DNA from: Planctomycetota bacterium
GTDB lineage: Bacteria > Planctomycetota > UBA1135 > UBA2386
Assembly: GCA_947501605.1 (NCBI GenBank)
Contig: CANMWZ010000062.1
Coordinates: 1 to 12,283 of the forward strand
DNA length: 12,283 nucleotides
Direction: 5' to 3'
Each line of letters starts with the position of its first letter. Position 1 is the stretch's first letter. Below, piece after piece: positions 7,848 through 12,283 of the stretch. Below the pieces are notes generated by a model. The model was not told the DNA's origin, did no database searches, and worked only from the letters and a program-made list of their open reading frames with translations. The position numbers and the translations under genes were made by a program.

Positions 7848-8801
7848 ATGTTGCTGCCCGCGCTGAAGGCGCTGCGACCGCACCAATGGGTCAAGAACCT
7901 GCTGGTCCTAGCACCGCTGCTGTTCTTCACGCCCCAGGACGGGACAAGCGGACTTCCGCGGTTATTCGACCCGATCGCGTGGCAGCAGGCCTTGCTCGCC
8001 TGCGCCACGTTTTGCCTGACTGCGAGCGGCGTCTATCTGCTGAACGACATCCTCGACCGCGACGCCGACCGCCTGCACCCAAAGAAGCGGCTGCGGCCGA
8101 TCGCGTCCGGGGCGCTGTCCGTCGGAGCCGCAATGATGCTGCTGGCCTTGGTGTGGGCCGGCGCTGGCGCCTGCGCCTGGGCGACGCAAGCCGGCTCGAG
8201 GCAACTCGTGCATGCCAATGCCGACCTCTCGCAGTATGGCTGGTTCGTGTCGTGGCCGATCGGCTACCTCGCTCTCAACCTGCTGTACTCATTCTGGTGG
8301 AAGCGCGTGGTCGTGCTCGACTGCATGTGCATTGCCATCGGCTTCGGCATTCGCGTGCACGCTGGCGCGTCGGCGATCGCGGTCGCGACGTCGCACTGGA
8401 TCATGCTCTGCACGTTCTTCTTTGCGCTGTTCCTGGCCTTCTGCAAGCGCCTCGAAGAGCTGGGGCGACAGACCGAGAGCTCCGGCCAGACGCGGGCGAC
8501 CATGAGCGACTACTCCGAAGCTCTGCTCGGCATGATCATCGGTCCACTCGCAGCGCTGAGCATCCTGACCTACGCGCTCTACACCGTGAGCCCGGAGACG
8601 ATCGCGCGCCATCGCACCGACGCGCTGCTCTACACGGTCCCGTTCGTGACCTATGGCGTGTTCCGCTACCTGTTCCTCGTCTACCGGCGCAGCGAAGGCG
8701 GAGACCCATCGAAGCTGCTGTTTCGCGACCCGCCCCTCGTGATCACCGGTCTCGGCTACCTTTCCGTCGTCATGTTCGTGCTGCACGGCCGCAACCTCTG
8801 A
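7848..8801 (+). CDS. UbiA-family decaprenyl-phosphate phosphoribosyltransferase-like (DPPR synthase), 317 aa
   Basis: LRPHQWVKNLLV, YLLNDILDRDADRLHPKKRLRPIASG, LYSFWWKRVVVLD, LAFCKR, GVFRYL and GGDPSKLLFRD; polytopic membrane protein. Confidence 0.9.
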   Translation: MLLPALKALRPHQWVKNLLVLAPLLFFTPQDGTSGLPRLFDPIAWQQALLACATFCLTASGVYLLNDILDRDADRLHPKKRLRPIASGALSVGAAMMLLALVWAGAGACAWATQAGSRQLVHANADLSQYGWFVSWPIGYLALNLLYSFWWKRVVVLDCMCIAIGFGIRVHAGASAIAVATSHWIMLCTFFFALFLAFCKRLEELGRQTESSGQTRATMSDYSEALLGMIIGPLAALSILTYALYTVSPETIARHRTDALLYTVPFVTYGVFRYLFLVYRRSEGGDPSKLLFRDPPLVITGLGYLSVVMFVLHGRNL

Positions 8802-8819
8802 GCGGCGAGCGACGCGAAC

Positions 8820-10847
8820 TCACGGCAGCGGCACGAGCCACGAGGCGGCGAGCTGCGGGTCGCCGCGCTCGGCCAACGTCGCGCACAAGGTGCGCAGCGA
8901 CGGCGCTGGCTGCACCGTGCGACGCGCTTCGCCGTTCGCGATCACGAGCGGCTTGGTCAGATCGCAGGTCCGGGCATCGAGCATGGCCGTGGCAGCGGCG
9001 ACATCGCGCAAGGTGATCGCCAGTTCGTTGCCGGCGAGCTTCGCTTCGAGTCGCTGGCCCCGCTTCGGCTCCGCGAGCCCGAGCCAGTAGTGATCGCGCA
9101 CCATGCCGTCGGTCGGCTCCCAGAACAGCGTCGACGGCGAAACCGTACGGCGCAGCGGCACCAACTGCGCCAGCAAGTCGCGGTCCGGCAACCCGGTGTG
9201 TCCGTTCTTCTCGACCAGCGTGAACGTCGTTCGGTACCGACCCGGATGCGCGGCGCGCAGTTCGACCAGCAACTTCTCGAAGGCCACGCAGCGCTCGCGA
9301 CGACCGTACATCGTGTCCTTGCCGCCGACCATGAACGAGAACGGCAGCGTGTGCAGACCGGCGGGCACCGTCTCGCCGTCGCTCGGCGCCGATGCGCTCG
9401 CATGCACCGCCGCAAACCGATGCGGCATCTTGGGCCCGATCGCGAACGCGCCATAGCCGCCGTGGCTGTAGCCGAGGGCGACGACTTTGTCGGGATCGAC
9501 ATCCCCGCAGACCACGAACTGGCGGATCACCTGCTCGAGCACGGGATAGAAGTAGTCGGTGTAGAACCCGTTCCACTCGTCGGTCGGCGCGCGCAGTGCG
9601 CAGTACCAGTAACCACCGACCTCGGGGTGGTCCTTGTAGTAGATCTGCATGTGGCGCCACTGCGAGTCGTTGACCTCCTTCGGCACGCCGCCGCCGCCGT
9701 GCATCGCGATCACAAGACCGAGGCCGCCTGCTGGCCGCTCGCCGACCTGCTTCTTGGTGTAGAGGCTCTCCTTGCCGCCAGCGCGGGCGCGGTCGGCCGC
9801 GAAATCGGCGCGGAGTTCGGCGTGCGGGGCGCGCTTCCACGACTCGAACGCCAGCCGTCGCAACCGCGCGTCGCCCTCGACGGTCCGCAATTCGGCATCG
9901 AGATTCCGGTCGAACTCGAAGGTCGTCTGCGCAGCAGCATCGGCAGTGAAGAAGCGATCGAACTGCACGCCCAGCGCGGCGTCGGCGGCGGCCTTCGGAT
10001 CCACACGGTCCTGCGCACCCCCGCTCGCCGTCGCCGCCGACTTCGCATAGCGATCGGTGACGTCGACGCCGTGCAATGGCGCGGGCGCGCCCCAGCCAGC
10101 CTCGAACTCCTCGCCGGTCGGCGCAAACGACACGGCCCAGATACGGTGCTCGCGGTCGGCAGTGGCGCACTGCGCCGCGTCGGCGGTGAACCACGCCCGA
10201 TCGAAGCCGGCCGGATCCGGCTCGTCAGCCCCGCAGAATCGCCAGGCTGTGCCATCGAAGATCTCGACCCAGGTGTGGTTGCCCTGCTTGTGCGGCCACT
10301 TCACCGACACGACGCGGGCGGGCACGCAGCACGCGCGGCACGCATCGGCCAACAGGATCGACAGCCCGGTGCAGGATGCCTTGCCTTGCGCGATCGACTC
10401 GCTCGGCGCCTGGTCCGCACGCTTTCGACCGGTCGAGTAGTGGACCCCGAGTTCGGCGAACACGAGCGTGTTGAGCCGCAGCGCCGCCTCGCCGGGGTTC
10501 TTGCAGTCCGCGACCTTCGGCAAGAATCGCCGAGCCAAGTCGGAACGCCAGTCCTCGCGCGCTTCGTTGGCCTGGGCGTAGGGCAACACGTAGCCGACGA
10601 ACAGTTCATCGCTCAGCGAGCCCCCCCACGGAACGGCGCGGCGCGCGGTCTGGGCCAATTCGGCCTGCCGGCGCAAGAACGCCTCGTCGCAGATCGCGCG
10701 ATCGGCCTCGGGCTGGTGCTTCTGGAGGAAGGCAACCGCAGTCGCGATGGTCTGCTCGTCCGCTGCGACTCGCTCCGGCGCCTGAGCACCGGCGGCGGTC
10801 GCAAGCACGCTGACGAGGAGTAGGGCTTGGGGCAATCGAGGGCGCAT
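8820..10847 (-). CDS. Secreted transglutaminase-like domain + alpha/beta-hydrolase fusion protein, 675 aa
   Basis: Signal peptide (MRPRLPQALLLVSVLATAAGA-Q). Transglutaminase core: YVLPY, ASCTGLS, GNHTWVE. Hydrolase part: MHGGGG, GYSHGG nucleophile elbow, VGGKD, NGHTG. Confidence 0.85.
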   Translation of the reverse strand: MRPRLPQALLLVSVLATAAGAQAPERVAADEQTIATAVAFLQKHQPEADRAICDEAFLRRQAELAQTARRAVPWGGSLSDELFVGYVLPYAQANEAREDWRSDLARRFLPKVADCKNPGEAALRLNTLVFAELGVHYSTGRKRADQAPSESIAQGKASCTGLSILLADACRACCVPARVVSVKWPHKQGNHTWVEIFDGTAWRFCGADEPDPAGFDRAWFTADAAQCATADREHRIWAVSFAPTGEEFEAGWGAPAPLHGVDVTDRYAKSAATASGGAQDRVDPKAAADAALGVQFDRFFTADAAAQTTFEFDRNLDAELRTVEGDARLRRLAFESWKRAPHAELRADFAADRARAGGKESLYTKKQVGERPAGGLGLVIAMHGGGGVPKEVNDSQWRHMQIYYKDHPEVGGYWYCALRAPTDEWNGFYTDYFYPVLEQVIRQFVVCGDVDPDKVVALGYSHGGYGAFAIGPKMPHRFAAVHASASAPSDGETVPAGLHTLPFSFMVGGKDTMYGRRERCVAFEKLLVELRAAHPGRYRTTFTLVEKNGHTGLPDRDLLAQLVPLRRTVSPSTLFWEPTDGMVRDHYWLGLAEPKRGQRLEAKLAGNELAITLRDVAAATAMLDARTCDLTKPLVIANGEARRTVQPAPSLRTLCATLAERGDPQLAASWLVPLP

Positions 10848-10924
10848 CGCCGTGTTCTACCGCCACTCTGCGACCAGCCGTAGGTTTGCGCCGAGGCGGT
10901 GGAGGTTGGCGGTGCTGGTGAGGT

Positions 10925-11172
10925 GGGGGTGCAGGCGGGGAACCGAGTGGCAGGTCCGATCAGGCTGCGCAAGTCAGGCAACCCGAACCAAGGCGGCAGG
11001 GCGGCCCCGGCCATCCGCCGAGACCGCCCCTGCGGTCGGTCCGTGCCCCCGCACGAACCGGAGGGTTGGCGTCGCCGACAACCCTCTGCACCCCCTGCGG
11101 CCCGAAGTGTCTCTCCCGAGCACCGCGAGCAACAGTTCACCCCTGATTGCTCAGGACGACCGAGACCTAACA
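10925..11172. other. Multi-hairpin non-coding element, possibly an IS end/MITE remnant or structured RNA
   Basis: Perfect 10-bp inverted repeat GGGGGTGCAG (10925-10934) / CTGCACCCCC (11086-11095) encloses hairpins at 10974-10986, 10996-11033, 11037-11060 and 11061-11086. A further hairpin lies at 11127-11152. The element ends in ...GACCTAACA (TGTTAGG on the minus strand). Confidence 0.5.
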
Positions 11173-11262
11173 GGGAGAATCGAAAAATCTGGCGGCCCTG
11201 GCTCAATCCCCGGCTTCGGACGGTGGAGCTCTTGTTCCGCCGCCGACCAGGCGACGCTATGC

Positions 11263-11478
11263 AAGGGCCTTGTCGACGACGACCAGCGCGATGCCAAGCC
11301 GGACACGCGCTCCAACTACCTGCGCGATGTCCTTGGCAAGCTGGTGAAGGGTGAGCTAGTCGAGCCGTCGAGCACGCGCGAAGTCGGCTGCTCGATCAAG
11401 CGCATCGACGGCGGCAACGGCGGCCGCGGGCGCCGCCAGCGCGGCGAAGGGCGGCGCGGCGAGCGCGGCGGTGACTGA
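11263..11478 (+). pseudogene. 3' fragment of a thioredoxin/AhpC (PRX_like1-type) redoxin gene
   Basis: KGLVDDD...NYLRDVLGKLVKGELVEPSSTREVGCSIKR matches the family C-terminus (Y.G.IDD...YLRDALDA...GCSIK). No N-terminal redox-Cys/thioredoxin region is recognisable in any upstream frame. Its stop overlaps the tlpA-like start (GTGACTGA). Confidence 0.7.
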
Positions 11479-12016
11479 ACTACGCGCCCTCGCCTGCCTT
11501 GGTCTTGCAGCGTTGGCCGCATGCGGCGGCCCGGCGGAGAGCAGTGGACACGGGGATCGCGGTAGCCCTGCCGAGCAGCGCCTCCCGATCCTCGACACCG
11601 CTCACTTGAAGGCGCACCTAGCAGGCCTTCAGCCAGCCCCCGTGCTCGTCAACTTCTGGGCGACGTGGTGCGGCCCGTGCCTGCAGGAGATGCCCGACCT
11701 GCTGGCCGGCACACGCAGGTTTCGCGCTCGCGGCGGCGTCGTCATCGGCGTGGCGATGGAGTTTGTGGTGGACAGGATGACGGACGACAGGGCCCGCGAC
11801 CTTGTCGGCCGCCAGCAGGCCGCACTGGATCTCGACTTCCCGGTGCTGATCTGCCGCGAAGGCGACCTGATCGCCCTGCGCCAGGCGCTCGAACTCGACC
11901 TGGGTGCCCTGCCGCAGACCGTACTCTTCGCTCGGGACGGCACCTTCCTCGCGCAGCACGAAGGTCGGGCCAGCGCCGCCGAGTTCGCCGAGTTGGCCGA
12001 GGCTGCCCACCGCTGA
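11471..12016 (+). CDS. TlpA/ResA-family thiol-disulfide oxidoreductase lipoprotein, 181 aa
   Basis: Lipobox LAAC, VLVNFWATWCGPCLQEMP, and the cis-Pro loop ALPQTVLF. Confidence 0.9.
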   Translation: MTELRALACLGLAALAACGGPAESSGHGDRGSPAEQRLPILDTAHLKAHLAGLQPAPVLVNFWATWCGPCLQEMPDLLAGTRRFRARGGVVIGVAMEFVVDRMTDDRARDLVGRQQAALDLDFPVLICREGDLIALRQALELDLGALPQTVLFARDGTFLAQHEGRASAAEFAELAEAAHR

Positions 12017-12098
12017 ACCGGAGCCTGGGGTCTCGCCAGCCAAGCCGGGCGCCGAACCTCGTGCGCAAACGCGGCGTTCCGCTATCCTCCCTCCCCCT

Positions 12099-12283
12099 TT
12101 GGCCACGACTCCACGCAAGAAAGCTGCTGCCCCGCGCCGTCTCGGCGTCTGGCTGTTTGGCGCCTACGGCGGCCTCGCGACGACGCTGGTGACCGGCGCG
12201 CGCGCGATCGTTCGCGGCCTCGCCACACCCCACGGTCTCGCGACCGAGACCGAGCTCTGCCGCGACCTGCCACTCGCGCCGAT
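12099..12283 (+). CDS. ino1: myo-inositol-1-phosphate synthase, N-terminal part (partial; not in the ORF track)
   Basis: Open from the TTG at 12099 to the window end: MATTPRKKAAAPRRLGVWLFGAYGGLATTLVTGARAIVRGLATPHGLATETELCRDLPLAP. This matches the GVW(L/I)xGAxGxxATT...G.....GL....G..TE Rossmann start of bacterial MIPS. Confidence 0.75.
   Translation, partial: MATTPRKKAAAPRRLGVWLFGAYGGLATTLVTGARAIVRGLATPHGLATETELCRDLPLAP

Noticed and set aside
3390..10823. Long alternative-frame and antisense ORFs (e.g. 3938-4939, 4534-5931, 6339-7733, 9090-10823, and the 5' extension of 2397-4196)
   Set aside because: Shadow ORFs expected from high-GC codon bias, overlapping well-supported genes.
10852..11354. 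ORFs 10852-11478 (5' part), 10899-11354 and 10613-11206 as real genes
   Set aside because: Low-complexity Pro/Arg/Gly translations across a hairpin array; only the 3' end of 10852-11478 shows family similarity.
12233..12252. Perfect 8-bp hairpin CGGTCTCG-CGAC-CGAGACCG sharing CCGAGACC with 11018-11025 and 11160-11167
   Set aside because: It lies within the ino1 coding frame at a conserved GLATET segment; probably chance in GC-rich DNA.
1..12283. CRISPR array, tRNA, transposase/integrase or defence genes
   Set aside because: No regularly spaced repeats, cloverleaf or corresponding protein motifs seen.

Overview
High-GC (roughly two-thirds G+C by eye) bacterial chromosomal window, probably Planctomycetota (inferred from the 16S 5' variant and gene content). 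The window starts inside the first 25 nt of a minus-strand 16S rRNA gene, preceded by its leader, a boxA-like site and a clear sigma70 promoter. Upstream on the minus strand are a purple-acid-phosphatase-type metallophosphoesterase and queF. Beyond these lies a four-gene, start/stop-overlapping operon: ADP-forming acyl-CoA synthetase, polyprenol-phosphate GT2, ArnT-like GT-C transferase and GT9. A UbiA-family prenyl-phosphate phosphoribosyltransferase is transcribed divergently from that operon. Next come a secreted transglutaminase + alpha/beta-hydrolase fusion and a highly structured ~250-nt non-coding element with an IS-like end, sitting where the 5' part of a truncated thioredoxin/peroxiredoxin-like gene should be. 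The window ends with a TlpA-type lipoprotein and the 5' end of a myo-inositol-1-phosphate synthase missed by the ORF track. Most interesting: the candidate envelope-glycolipid modification system coupled to an acyl-CoA synthetase, the strand-asymmetric structured element, and repeated leaderless-type gene starts.
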